Positions 51,422-64,000 of a stretch of 64,000 bases of DNA are shown here, one piece after another; the first letter of the stretch is position 1, and each line of letters begins with the position of its first letter. The notes below the pieces were generated by a model. That model ran no database searches. It was given only the letters and a program-made list of their open reading frames with translations, and was not told the origin of the DNA. The DNA lies in NCBI RefSeq assembly GCF_052425735.1, contig NC_135758.1, positions 12,648,001 to 12,712,000 on the forward strand. The letters are read 5' to 3'. The position numbers and the translations under genes are program-made. The DNA is from Oculina patagonica (taxonomy: Eukaryota).

Positions 51422-51827
51422 TTAGCCATGTTCTAAACGAGCAGGAAACTGGGTACAAACATATTTTCTCTTCGGTACAAACATTCAATATCGATTGAAT
51501 TGAAAAATGGGGCATGTCATCTGAAAGAGCTTCCAAAAAGTAGTAGATTCACCAAATTTGACGGTAATTTGTTTAAACCCAACGGCATGGTACGCTTAGT
51601 ATGGATTGGAGGGACAGGCGTCCTCCAATCCATACTAAGCTCTCTTATTTTAAAAGTGTACCATACCATTGTGTTTAAATCAATAACCATCAAATTTGGT
51701 AAATTTACTAATTTTTGGATGCTCTTTCAGATGACGTGCCCCATTTTCAATTCAATCAATATTGAATATTCGTACCAAGAAAAAATATGTTCGTACCCAG
51801 TCCCCTGCTCGTTTAGAACATGGCCAA
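51422..51827. mobile_element. Long fold-back element (~175-bp arms)
   Basis: GCCATGTTCTAAACGAGCAGG.ACTGGGTAC... pairs with ...GTACCCAGT.CCCTGCTCGTTTAGAACATGGC. Confidence 0.8.
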
Positions 51828-52250
51828 TTCAATCTCAATTTTAAAATGTCAGAATTTTTGGGTCCAAAATTCGGAAAGTCTAGAAAATTTTGGGCGCATT
51901 TTTAAACTATTTTGGGAACAACAATTTAAAATGTCAAAAAATAGTTGGTCAATAGTGTTATTTCCAAAAGGTACTTTACTGTTCGGAACTGGATATGTTC
52001 ACATCAAGGTGTAAGGCATTAAGGAAATCTTGCCAACTACAGCTTCATTTCTGCCCAAATTTTAAAGGAAGATCACTGTCTTTGTAGTCGCAGTTTCCCA
52101 GTGCTTTTGACCTTGTGCAGTAAAGGAAAAAGGTTGTGGGTTTGAGAATGCCATATGCGCAAGAAATATTTAGCTCAGCAACCTTTTTTTGTGTTTGCGC
52201 ACGCTCCGTATCCAAGCACCGCTATGAAGTTCGCCCCAGGCTCTATTTTC

Positions 52251-52652
52251 GGGGGGGGGGGGGGTACTCACCATAATGGCCTATACGGGGAGGTTCGAAA
52301 GGGGTACCCTTTTCAGGCTCCAAGTATATAAAAGGGTAGGGATTTCACAAATTTAGGTGTATGAAAGGGTAGGGAAATCTGCCATAATAATATTTTAAAA
52401 GGCCTTTACATTAAATATTTCGAGCAGACGCAACTTTTGGCTGTTTCGTTTTAATTAATTAGGCGCTACATAAAAAATGACAAGTTTTAGGTAAATGTGA
52501 TGTCGTGTAGGTATATGAAAGGGGTGCCTTTTTGCAATAAAATGTATACAAAAGGGGTACATTTTCTATCAAAATGGTATATAAAAGGGTAAGGGGTTGG
52601 ATCTCCGGGCGGAGCCTCCCCGTACAAAACTTTTTCGAGTACCCCCCCGGGG
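52251..52652. mobile_element. MITE with GGGGGGGTACTC...GAGTACCCCCCC termini
   Basis: TIR plus internal TAT.AAAGGG(G)TA repeats. An inverted partial copy lies at ~52730-52880. Confidence 0.7.
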
Positions 52653-53706
52653 GCTCTATTGAAAAAAAGCTTGGCTGCTTTATACTTAATCGAATCGACC
52701 TTGCCGTGGGTCTGTTCAAGATATTTTGAAAGGCCCTTGTAATAACTAAAATAAGTTTTTCCTATCCTTTCGTAAACTCCGACTCGTGAAATCCCAACCC
52801 TTTTATATGCTTACAGTCTGAAAAAGGTACCACTTTCGCGCGGAGCCTCCCGTCCAGTACCTTATAGGGGTACCACGCGGGGCCTTCCTTCCCAAGGGCT
52901 CAGAATACAACTCTTTTATACACGTGCGCCAAACAACAGTACAGTAAAGACAACAGTAAGCATCATTGTTAAAATATTTGTACCGGTAATTATACAAAAC
53001 AGTTTCTAAATTCAAATTACAAATGCTGCACCAAAATGTGGTCAATTTCAATAATTTACAAAACTGCAAAGAAAGTTCAACAGATGTACACAAGAATGCC
53101 ATGCTTCACAAAACAATATACAATACACTGCGATCATTCGATTGACGGCAATCTTCGAAATAACGAATAACCTACATTTATGTATTTAAACTTAATTACG
53201 ATAGATGAATCTGAATAAACACCTTTCAAGTGTCCTAATACTTTAAAACTTGTGAAAGCAGCTACTGTACGGCTTTTAATTCGATATCAATTCTCAAATG
53301 GACATTTCATTCGAAATAAATAAATACTGGTCAGAAAATCAGGTATGGCGTACGTCCTCTATCTGTAGATCAGTTAGTTTGCTTTCAGATGGAACTCAAA
53401 GGTGCATCAAAAAAAAGGTGTCTCAAAGAATTTTCTTAGATGACGACTTGCAGGAAGAGTAGTGCGCTTTTTCATGCACTGTAACTTGTAGAAATCTTTA
53501 GTTTTCTTATTGCTCAAAAATGAAAGTATTCAGTGACGAAAAAGCGCTTAACTGGAACTAACTACACGAATTCTTTCTTGCTACAACACTGTGTCATTAA
53601 TCAACGGCTACAATTACGCGAGTTCTAAAATCGTTTTCACTTCAAAATTCTTCTTGAGAATTGTGTTATTAAAAAATTCCTTAATTCAATTTACTAATAG
53701 CCCTAT

Positions 53707-56700
53707 TTAAGAAACTGCTATATCGGTACTAAACGCATTTTCAGGTATAGTCTGAAACATTTTATGCCCTGTTTCGGTCTCATGATCGAACACAAATGTT
53801 CCTTTTCCCTTCATGAGCGCATCAGAGGGACAACTGACTCGGGGCCACACGTAGTCATCGTCGTACACGGTATCCTTGGCGAGTCCCTGGGAGGTCTTGA
53901 ACAGGGAGCTCCGATCACGGAACATTTTGGGAGGAACAACGTTAAATCTCTTGTACTTATCCAAAAATTCCGACTTCTCCGGGCTCTTTTCATGAACTGG
54001 AGGGAAAATTTCATTTTTGATCCCTGGGCCTTTTGAGTGGACGACCGGTTCGTAGGACCATTTAAAACTGAGGCCATAGTTGGTCTTGTCGTCAAGCGCG
54101 TCTTCTCTTCCAAATCGCAGCTTTGTGCGTGGTCTGGCGTTCCTAGCTGGGACAGCTTTCTTTCCAAAATGGGCGTAGTCCATATGTGTGGTCTGACAGT
54201 CCATGGCCCCATCTGGTGTTTTGTACTTCTCGGGTTCTTTTTGCTTGCGTGGCGAAACTTCCCAGCTCTTGAAATCTTCATTTTTCGTGGTCTCCCTTTG
54301 CATGGGATCAGCACTCTTAAACAGATCGCTGACAGGATTAAAGATTGGAGCTTTGGGCGCGCCACGGAGGTCCACAAAATCTTCCTTGAAAACCGAGTTG
54401 CTGCTGAAAGGCTCTTCGGGAGGCACACGTTCCTCTCTCTTCCGCTCGTATCGCTGTGGAATCTCTTTGTTTGTGAAATCTGTCCTGTAGTGCGTGACAG
54501 ATGACACTGGACCATCGTACCTTATCTTGTCGGGCTGGCGCGCGGTGGGGCGCGGTGGCTGGTTAAACCTTTGAAAATCTTGTCGGTGGATTGACGTTTC
54601 TTTAAAACGATCGGCAGGCGGCGCGTAAGAGTTGCTTCGCGTCACACGGTGAAATTGCGGAGTCCAGCCTTTGTAGTCGTCATGTGAGATTGACTTGTAG
54701 ACTACCTTAGCTGAAGGAGCTCGCATGGTCTCTCCACGGAGGTATGGGGGCATTTTAGCGGGTATTGCACGCACTCCACGGTAATGCTCACGGTGCTCTG
54801 ACACAGTTTCAAACGGGTTTGGATTCGGCACATATTTCTCCGGCTCCTTCTGCTTGGGAGGACTAACCTCAAACGGTACGAAGTCTACCTTATGCGTGGT
54901 GTCTTTATCAATGTCGCCTTTGCTATGAAGTAGATCTGCTGGACGGTGAAACGGTCCCCTGGTACGCTGCCCTGGCTGATAATTTGTCCGGTACTCCGAC
55001 CTCACGTGACAGCGATCTTGATTGGATTTGTTGACAATCCTGTTTGGACTGGCACCCTCATGTGGGCAACGATGGCGTCTGTGGAAGAAAAATGTAATTT
55101 CAGGATGGGATGTTTTAGAGTTCTTATGAAATAACGAGCCAGTAACTATTCATAAGGGGCGCTTTTTAAAATGGTGCGACAGCAACGCTCTGTAGCGTTC
55201 CCAAAAGGCCACTTCCGAGTTACACTTTGCCTCTGTTTCAAAACGAGTCTACGTGCGAAACCGTTCAAATGAAAATGAGTTTGATTTGCATGAAAATGGA
55301 CCTGTAGATGAAACTCATTTTCATATGAATGGTTTCGCACTTAGACTCGTTTTGAAGCAGAATCAAAGGATAACTCGGAAATGGCCTATTGTATTTTACG
55401 TACAATGCATTTGCTAAAACATGTTTAAGTTTCTTTTCATACAGACAAAAGAGTCAAAAGACAAACAAGTTCTTAAACAAAAGTGAATTAAGTTAAAAGA
55501 TTGATCAGAAATTTTTTACTAGTTTTCAATACAGAACAAGCCACCTACAATGTACATTTGCAATGCACATGTATGAAAAGTTGATTAGAGACTTTTTTGC
55601 TACGTATTTAACAACATTTTCAAATCACATGCAATAACCAGGCATCTGACTTTATAAAGCACTGCCTAAAAGTACTCAAGATTCTGCAAAAAGACAACTT
55701 TCAATCAAAAATACTGGAAGCTGTTGCATATATACACTGTAAATACTGGAACCAGTAGTGCGATCGGTAGAAGACATTTAAAGAAGATTTTTTAAGCCGA
55801 TCTGTTTTTCATTTCATTTTTGACCAGAACGGCTTAAAAAATCTTCTTTAAATATACACTGTAATGCATTACTAAGCAGTGGGCAGGGAGGGGGATACTA
55901 TCAAATGCAGGAAAGCCTTACAGGCAAGTGTCATTAGATAACAAGTTACCGTAAAAGCTCTTTTAAGCCCCCATTCTCTTTTAAGCCTCGCTCTGTAAAT
56001 AAGCCCCCATCAGAAAGTTCAATAGTTTTGTTAATAAGTCCTCCTCTCTATTAACCCCCCCCCCCCCACTTCCCTACAACAATTTATTTACATGTATCCA
56101 CCACTGTTACTATTTGTGAAGACAAAAACAACACTAAAACTAAAAAGCCATCTTTATTGCAGTTTTCAGTGATAATATAAACTCTGAAATTCAAAATCCA
56201 ACTAATGATTGTGTTATCGCTGCTGTCAATCATAATAAAGGCGACAGCCACTGAACCATGAAAAACAGAAACAAACAAAATGAATTGAGATCTCCCAATC
56301 ACAATTGAAAAACGTGACTTTTTGACCCAGTTGAAGTGCACTTCTGTTTCTCGAGAAGTCCCCAAAGCTGATTAATAGCAGCAAAATGCGCAAACCGTTG
56401 GTTGAGGATTGAATTTCAGAGTTTGCATATCACTGAAAACCGCAATAATGCTTTTTCATGACGCTAACTGATATACATGTATGATTTGAAATAAGTCCCC
56501 CTGTCACTAATAAGCCTCCCTCCCTACTCCCCCCCCCCCACACACACACACACACACACACACCTCAAATGATCTTATCTCTAGCTTTTATAAGTTATCA
56601 GGTTTTGGCAGTTTCCTAAACAATGCCTTTATTTTCACTCTCAAAGTGTAGTTTTTGCATAACAAAAAGAACATTCCATGCAGTGTAGGATGGAATGCCA

Positions 56701-59032
56701 AATCTAACTGTCTGAGATGAGGTCGGGGTCCTAAATTTCCACAGGAGTTAAATATTCCCACCTAAAGCCAGCACGATTCCAATATTTACAGCTGTAGGCC
56801 AAAATAGAACTTAGTAACAGGACAGGACTTGGGTGGAATAAAAATCAGGGGACTTAATTTATATCCAGGAATGGGGGGGGGGGCATTTTAAACTTGACAA
56901 TAATGCCCCTCCCCACAAGATTAAAAGGTAACCCCCTTTCTCTTCTTCATACTCACTGGAAAAATTAAATGGCTCTTACAATCACATTTTGCTTAACAAA
57001 AGCGTACTGTGGAATATAAAGGGGGAAAAAGGGCAACCTTGAGCCAGCAGCTCATATTGCCGGAGCTTTTCCCAGTTTCTGCAGCAATAAGTCGCTAGGA
57101 ATCTTTCTACTCCCCCCTGAATGGGATGCTAGTCCATTGCAGGGTACCCCCCCCCCCCCAGCATTATGTCGCCAGTACCCAATTTATACACCTTGAGAGA
57201 GGGACTATGGGAGTAAAGTATCTTGCCCAAGAACACAACACAGTGACTTTGGCCAGGGCTCTAAACCCCGCTCGATCCAGAGTCCGGCGCACTAACCATT
57301 TGGCCTCCGCACCTCCCCCCGGTTGCATCCCAGTTGCATATGAAAGGGAAGCCCTGAGCCAAGTGGCCCATACTTGCCAGAGCTTATCCTGGTTTCTGTA
57401 GCATTATGCAGCTAGGAATATTTCTACTCCCCCTGAATGGGATGCTAGTCCATCGCAGGGAACCCCCCAGCATTATGTCGCTGGCACTCATTTATACATC
57501 TGGGTGGAGAGAGGCACTATGAGAGTAAAGTGCCCAAGAACACAACACATTGACCTAGACCGCTGGATCCAGAGTCCAGCGCACCAGCCATTTGGCCATC
57601 ACTCTTCCCACAGGCTCCCAAAACATAAAAATCTGCATTGAAAGCAGTTAATAAAAAAAGTAACTGTTTTAATTAACCTTTCTAATTTGGGGTTTTGAAG
57701 TTATTGTTTGACTGCATGATAGACATAGCACTACAGTATAGCATATTATAAAAATAAATTCAAAAAATGAATTTAAACTTATGGGATATTTTGCGATGTT
57801 TTACTGGCTTCTTAAAACAAATATTAAAGGAAATACATGTATATAATTGGCAGCTTCATAATGGAGGCGCAATCGATTATACATGTTTGAAGTGTTTTTC
57901 TATCAATAAATTCACCTGTCTTGGCCACTATATTCTAATTTCTTTTGTATTGGGGTAAAAAGGAGTATTATTAATTAATTTAACCACCAGAAATCACAAA
58001 TACATGTAATATAATCATCCCGCTGGTTTCAATCATTTTTTTAAACAATTAAAAGTTGTCCATTTTCTGACACGAACAAGTTAAGAGAAACAAATTTTGC
58101 CATCTCAGATAATCGGATATGCAAACTTTCTGTTTGCTAAAAAATTATTTTTTTCCTAACCATTACTATACCCTAGCTAGAATACTTGAAGAAAAATTCA
58201 CTGCAATAAAATAATCTAAAATTCAAAGGGCACTTTTTAATTTAAAAGACTGCACGTCGATTTCGAAATTTACATAATGTATTTTAACCCGCTTTCGAGC
58301 ATTTTGTATTCATGAATGATACATTTTAACGTGTCTCGGTTGAATCGAATTTTTGCTTGTAACTTAACACACGAATACAATGTTCATTAATATCACGCAG
58401 GCTTTAAAACGGAAAAATAACGGGCGAGATTTACTCCATAACGCCCAATAAACACAATAGCGACATGTTATTCTCGACACTTCCGAAATCGAATACAAGT
58501 GCTAGCGTAATTAGAAGCACAGCACAATCGAAGCATTACTCCGCGGCAATAAAGTTTATGAAATACGCGCGTTCGAAATTGATTCAAATTGGAGGAAATA
58601 TCACGTAGAAAATTTAATATATTGACTCAGTGGTTCTTGTGTGCTTTGTGAAGAACGATCAGGGGTTTATGAAGTGGTTTTCGAAGAGAATAAATACAAT
58701 GTCTTCGATGGTTCTCGTGAACTAAACATCTGCTACAGCTGATGAACATAAAGATTCCTTGAATGGGTTCCGAGTCTCTTATAATCGAATAAAAGGCGTA
58801 TAGATTACAAAACAATTTCTTGTAATTTCATAACAAAGAACGCCTCCTATCAAATAGAAGTAAAATTCTTCTCCTAGTGATTTCTCGACATGGTAACGTA
58901 GCGATCACATCGATTAAGCGGTGGAATTTGAGAAGAACGATTTGAATCGTTTAGCTCAAAATTGTCTCAATCAAAGTTAGCTTATGACACTTACCCGCAA
59001 GTACAGATCTGGCAAATACACTTCTTCGTCAT
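53707..59032 (-). CDS. SAXO: Stabilizer of axonemal microtubules (SAXO1/2, FAM154 family), 469 aa
   Basis: Exon 1 59032-58995 (MTKKCICQICTCG, GG|GTAAGT) joined in phase 2 to exon 2 55078-53707 (RHRCPH...). The N-terminal CICxICxCGRHRCPH and repeated Mn-like motifs (TTHKVDF, SEHREHY, THYRTDF, TTKNEDF) are diagnostic of the family. Confidence 0.9.
55207..55388. mobile_element. Palindromic MITE
   Basis: AGGCCA.TTCCGAGTTA ... TAACTCGGAAATGGCCT, with arms pairing through to GAAAATGAGTTT/AAACTCATTTTC. Confidence 0.75.
56539..56562. repeat. (CA)n microsatellite
   Basis: About 12 CA units after a poly-C. Confidence 0.9.
57040..57610 (-). mobile_element. Two tandem SINE family 1 copies (~57040-57318 and ~57354-57610) in the SAXO intron
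   Basis: Two diverged direct repeats sharing TCTACTCCCCCTGAATGGGATGCTAGTCCAT..CAGGG, GCCCAAGAACACAACAC and GATCCAGAGTCC.GCGCAC. Confidence 0.8.
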
Positions 59033-59143
59033 CTTGAGAATATCCTAGCTTTTCTTTAAGGTGAAAGTTGCTTCATCTTCTTGCCTAAAGCATTCAGGAC
59101 CGCATGAAGTTGATTTACGATACACAAAACCTATTTTCGCTTA

Positions 59144-59157
59144 GTTGCTATGACAAC
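59144..59157. promoter_or_regulatory. RFX X-box upstream of SAXO
   Basis: GTTGCTATGACAAC, two changes from the palindrome GTTGCCATGGCAAC, about 110 nt upstream of the ATG of a ciliary gene. Confidence 0.65.
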
Positions 59158-60081
59158 TGACTGCAGTCTGATTTCATACTCTCAAGGGATTTGTCACGCC
59201 GGATGAACAATTGCGCACAAGTGTCGGCAGGTCCATAAAGATTCATAAAGTATATAACTCTTTTTGTCTGCAGGAATTCGATGTTTTTTTTTAGAAAACT
59301 AAGAGAGAAATTGATAAAATACTAAATCAACTATTTCTTGATGTTTCGATTTGTTTTGTTTGACTTTTGAAAGAGTCAGTTTCGTAGTCATAACTTTTGT
59401 CTGAATTCTTGAAGGAAACAACTTCGGCGGACTTCGATGCTCATAAACAGATATAGAAAGAATAATGGGGAGTTAAGAATGCTTAATATTTTCCTCTCTT
59501 CCATTTTTGCCCCCGCCACATACAACTGTCCACGTCGAGTAGACCTCGCGCACGGAATCAACGGGAACAGTCGGCGGGGCTGTTTAATTTTGGTCAGAAG
59601 ATTTTGGTAACGTAACACTTATAAACACTCGAAAGTTTATAAGTATTGAATAGAAAGTTAAATTGTTAGATTATTTTAGTATTGCAAACTTTAAGATAAC
59701 ATGAGACTGCTCGGCATCTGAAAAATTAAACATCAAAACTAAGAAGTTCCCATCTTAGAATTTAGGCGAAGCGGCTGGTGGCGGAGGCGCGAAGAAGGAA
59801 GAAGCGCGTTGACTTTCGCCCGCTTGCTTTCGACTCAACTCGTTCCCGCCACTCGCGCGGGTATTCCAAGACGTGAGCCTGCTCGATCGATGCTCGAAGG
59901 CTGACACCGCAGACAAGCCGCAGTACACTATCCGTTGTAACAAGTGGCGTCTGGGGAGAATAGTTGGGAGGAAAGAGAGTTACACACTCTCTGGCACTAG
60001 GAAAATTTATCGACAGTCTACTGAGGAAAACCAAGTGAGTTTTTTATGTCAATTTCCGACAATTTCCAGTTTAGAACTTAA

Positions 60082-60310
60082 AGGAGCTTCGTCACAGACA
60101 ACGCATCTTGAAAAAATTGGCAAGTTTTTTCAAGTTTCTCATTCTTAATCCGTCTTAATCTTTGTCCGTCGAAACCATCCTTGGTTATTTTGGGGTTTTT
60201 TTTACTCCTTTGGCGATTTTTTTACGTTAGAAAACAGGCTGCTGTTTTGAGGTTTCCTTTAATTTGAAAGTAATCAGAAAAATGACTGTAAATATCATGA
60301 CATTGCTCCT
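60082..60310. mobile_element. TTAA-targeting (Kolobok-like) MITE
   Basis: TTAA|AGGAGC...GTCA ... TGAC...GCTCCT|TTAA. Confidence 0.65.
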
Positions 60311-63300
60311 TTAACAGGAAAAAGTGTTTTAATTCCGGCAAAACAACAAGGGATGAAAAAATTCAAGTCAACTTGTTTCTAAGTGGAACACGAAAAACTG
60401 CCTAGAGAACACTGGCATTTTTGCCAAAACAGGTGCGAAAACTATACAACTATACAAGGTTCTGTACATAAAAAGAACAGCGCTATTTATTGCTAAGAAA
60501 TAATATAACCTTCTGCCGTATTTATTGACTAACTATAATTCTAAGCCGTTAACTGGGGTGCGATCGTTAGACTCGTTAGATTCCAAAGTTCCAATATCAC
60601 TGTAATAATAAGTGATGGGAGGGATTTTATGAGTGACTTAAGATTGCCAAACAATAACGAGCAATGTAAGCATGACTAGGCAACAAGTGCCTTTTGAGTT
60701 ACATAACGGTGCATTGAAAATGACAATTTCAGTCCAATATCCATGCAAGCTCAAGATATCAACTCTCCTTAATGAACCACTTACATTTTGCTTAATATCA
60801 GTTTCAAGAATTCAGTGGTACATCAAGAAAAAAAAGTTCCTTAGTTGACGAATCTCTTTCTTCTCAATACCAGCCTGTATGACCATATATTGATATTTGT
60901 AAGGAGAAACTGGACGTTGGGATCTGTTTTGGGAATCAAGGATTAAGTGCATACAATTGTTGTATTATTTGATAAGATTGTATGTTTTTCTTTTAATTGA
61001 ACTCGCTGGAATTAATTCAGAACAAAGGTTTAATTACGGGGACGGATTTCAATGTGATATTCATGTCAACAACACAAGATTTTGCGACGGTATTGGTCTA
61101 ACGGGCGTGGATTTCGCAGTGAAACGTGGGTATAAAGGGAATGTGGGGAAGAGATTTAAATTTGTAAACTAAGGACTATCGACGTAGTTCGTCTGTTGAT
61201 CTCTGTTGTGATCGTCCGGACGAGAAGAGCACAGCCTTGACAAAGACTGTTACCAGTGCGGCAGTCATCTTTAGAGTCTTTAAAATCAAGTGGGCTGTTT
61301 GTGAAGCGAACAGAATGCGAGTTAGTTCGTGTAATCTTTCGGCGCTTTTTTTCAACTCGCGCGTAAGGTTCCTAAACTCGTACACAAGTTAGCAAACAAC
61401 ATCATTCACCGACAATAACAATCGTTAACGGACACTAGGCCCTCAGCCGGACGATAACATAAGACGAACTACCGATACTCCTAGGCTAAAAACCATTTAC
61501 TATGTTGCGCAAATTCATTTTAAGCAAAGACACCGCTAGGTAGTCGGTGTCTGCTTGACAGTTCCGTGTTAATCTAGAGCGTAAAAGAATGTGTTAACAG
61601 ACTTACGTGCTTATCACGGTAGCATTGCGGTATAGTATTGAAGCGGCACTGTTAAAAGTGAAAGGAACTCTGGTGCATGAATAGATATCTGATTAATTCC
61701 ACCCACGTGAAAAACAAAATATCGGTCAATAACAATGAACGTATTAATGAGTCCTTGCAACGCGAACGATGGACGCTGGAACTGTGAACAGTGAGCAAGA
61801 ATTAAAACTAATTAAAAAGACTAACTACTGAGAAATTTAGTAACTGAGAACTTAACTTACTGAAATAAGCTCATCTTGAATAGATTTCGAACGATTCACG
61901 GCAAGTGCAATTGTTTTAGCCTGAACCCGGTTTTATAATCACATGACAACTTGAACTTGCCAACTAGCGCATATCTGGCTAAACTTATATATATCAAAGT
62001 TTGCTCACGAAAATAAACAATATTTTTAATGTTTATATAATGTATTTCAGATTACCAGAGAGAAAAATGAACAGAGTTTCCTTCGCTTTTGTATAACGAT
62101 ATTTGTATAGGTTTCATGTGCAGAACTTTCGTTGTTAAGTTGTGTAGAGGATACAATTTAAAACTAAAACGTTAACTTAGTGCGGAAAGGATAGAATCGA
62201 AATTTTCTCGTGTCGCCATAGCGACAGAGATACTCACACTATGAGATTAATAAGATGGCACACTTAGTAAATTAGCCGCTTTTATCAATTAATTGCGTTA
62301 ATTTGCGCCGCAGAGCCTCGATGGAAGGCAAAGACAGACGTAATAGAACAAGCCCGCCATCTTCTCACTGACTTCTGTGAAAAGAGTTGTCCGCCACGAC
62401 GCAAACTGCAAATCACGACTCTGACAACACCGAGTTGACCTTCACCGGACGTTTTTCAAGTGGTTTTAGAATATTTCAAGTCAGCACGGTGTTGAAAGTA
62501 AGTACTAAGTATTGGGAACTTTTTCACCTTCAAACGAAAACTCTTAGCACTTGTGCATGTGTTGTATAATGCGTCGACGTTATTACAGCATCGGCTTGTC
62601 AAAAAGGAGCTGAACTGAGCTCGCCGGCTCTTTCAGACTGATTGCATGCATATACCGTGGTATCATTGCCTGCAATGGTTAATTTTATCGAGCCAAGTAA
62701 ACAGCTGTCCGTCTGTCTTATGGTGGACGGCGGCGAAGAGACAATGTGAACGGCTGCGTACGTGACGCGCCGATGTCACGCGAAAAGCGTCAGTGGAAAT
62801 CCACCATTATTCTGTTTAAATTCTGCGCACGTAATCGGTCAAGGTTTCGTTCTGTAATGGACGAATCTACACTAAGATGGTTGCACCCGTATCTCACAGT
62901 TGCTTAGAACTTCTGAACGAGTCCTAAACTGTACGGGTGTGCATGTCACGATACAGCTAAAAAAAAGCTTGATTAGCGCAATTTACTATTGATCTGCATT
63001 GTTTTCCATGAATATAAATCAGCAAAAACAAACGAGTACTCTATTGGACTCTGGAGACGGTTCCGCTTGCTTTGTCAAGCATATGGGCCCTTTTCGTTTA
63101 AACGTACCAGAACCTCCTATGCAGAGCTTTAGCACTCATAACTTGCCCACTAGAGCTAAAGTATAGTCAGTGCACGGACACGAGGGGGAACACTGACCGG
63201 ACATGGAAACCGAGAAGGGAGCGCAGCACCCACGGAAGGCGACCAAGGAGGAGCGAGGGGTGGGGCGAGAGATGAGACTCCGAAAACCTGTATAGTGTGA

Positions 63301-64000
63301 GCCAAGTGATGGAGGAGTGCGGGCGAACCACCAGGGAAGCCAAGTATAGTTCTAGGCCACGATTCACTTATTACGGATATTCAATTAAGCTCTACATAAC
63401 CTTAAAAAATATGAGAGTTAGAATGATTAAATATAATCGTCCTTAGACTTTCTGGCGGTTGAGCTTAAGACTTTCCATTCATTGACATTCTTCGCATAGT
63501 TTGTCGAGTGTTATATATAGTTTAAGACAAGTGCTTTGTTTTCGATGTGTTTAAAATATCGTTTGAACGAATATTTGCTAATATTACTTGCTCACACTAG
63601 GCCAAGTTGTGTACCACCTGCTATCTCAGTCACACTGCTCACCTTGACAGCGGTGAGCGCCGCGCTGCGCGCCGCCTGGCCCCGTGTGGGGGGCGGCGCG
63701 GGGGGGAGACGCAGGGGGCCGTGGAGCTGCGCGCTTGCGTCGGTCGACAGCACAGCCCCCCCCCCCCACCCGCGAAGACGAGCGCGAAGCCACACTCGCG
63801 CCACGCCAGAGGGGGAGGAGGAGGGGGGCCGGCGTATGTTGTTTGTTTGTTGATTTTGTTTTTCTTTTTTTGTTTGCCGTAAGCTTTGCGAAATGGTGGG
63901 GGGGCCTCCCCGCTGTACGCTAGATATGGGGCGTACTTGGTCACTCGAAGATGTCACAGAGTGGAGCCACAAGGGGTGCGAGCCTGGAAGCAAGTATTTA

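Noticed and set aside
53764-54515. Overlapping alternative ORFs on both strands within SAXO exon 2
   Set aside because: No recognisable motifs; expected by-products of a GC-richer coding exon.
1-64000. CRISPR array or prokaryotic operons
   Set aside because: The regularly spaced repeats are coding exon cores separated by spliceosomal introns, and there are no cas-like ORFs.

Overview
Intron-rich, AT-rich animal DNA, most likely a stony coral (inferred from a USOMP-5-like gene and the repeat families). Three protein-coding genes can be read by hand from splice sites. (1) About 997-43235 (+) is the 3' part of a giant secreted ADAMTS-like (ADAMTSL1/3, punctin/MADD-4 type) gene: 40 consecutive one-Ig-domain exons, all with phase-1 boundaries, then TSP1-TSP1-PLAC-stop. 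That is about 4,500 aa inside the window, and the 5' end lies upstream. Seventeen of the Ig exons form two clusters of strictly alternating A/B types whose central cores are almost identical at DNA level, while their C-terminal halves and introns have diverged. One A/B unit shows a fresh 1.59-kb tandem duplication that created a chimeric exon. (2) 45479-50199 (+) encodes a signal peptide-PAN-EGF-USOMP5-like protein in 6 exons. (3) 53707-59032 (-) is a SAXO/FAM154 axonemal microtubule stabiliser with an RFX X-box just upstream. Introns and intergenic DNA carry tRNA-derived SINEs, MITEs, fold-back hairpins, one truncated L1/Tx1-like LINE with a target-site duplication, microsatellites, a 208-N gap and a few suspicious GC-rich tracts. 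No prokaryotic features are present.
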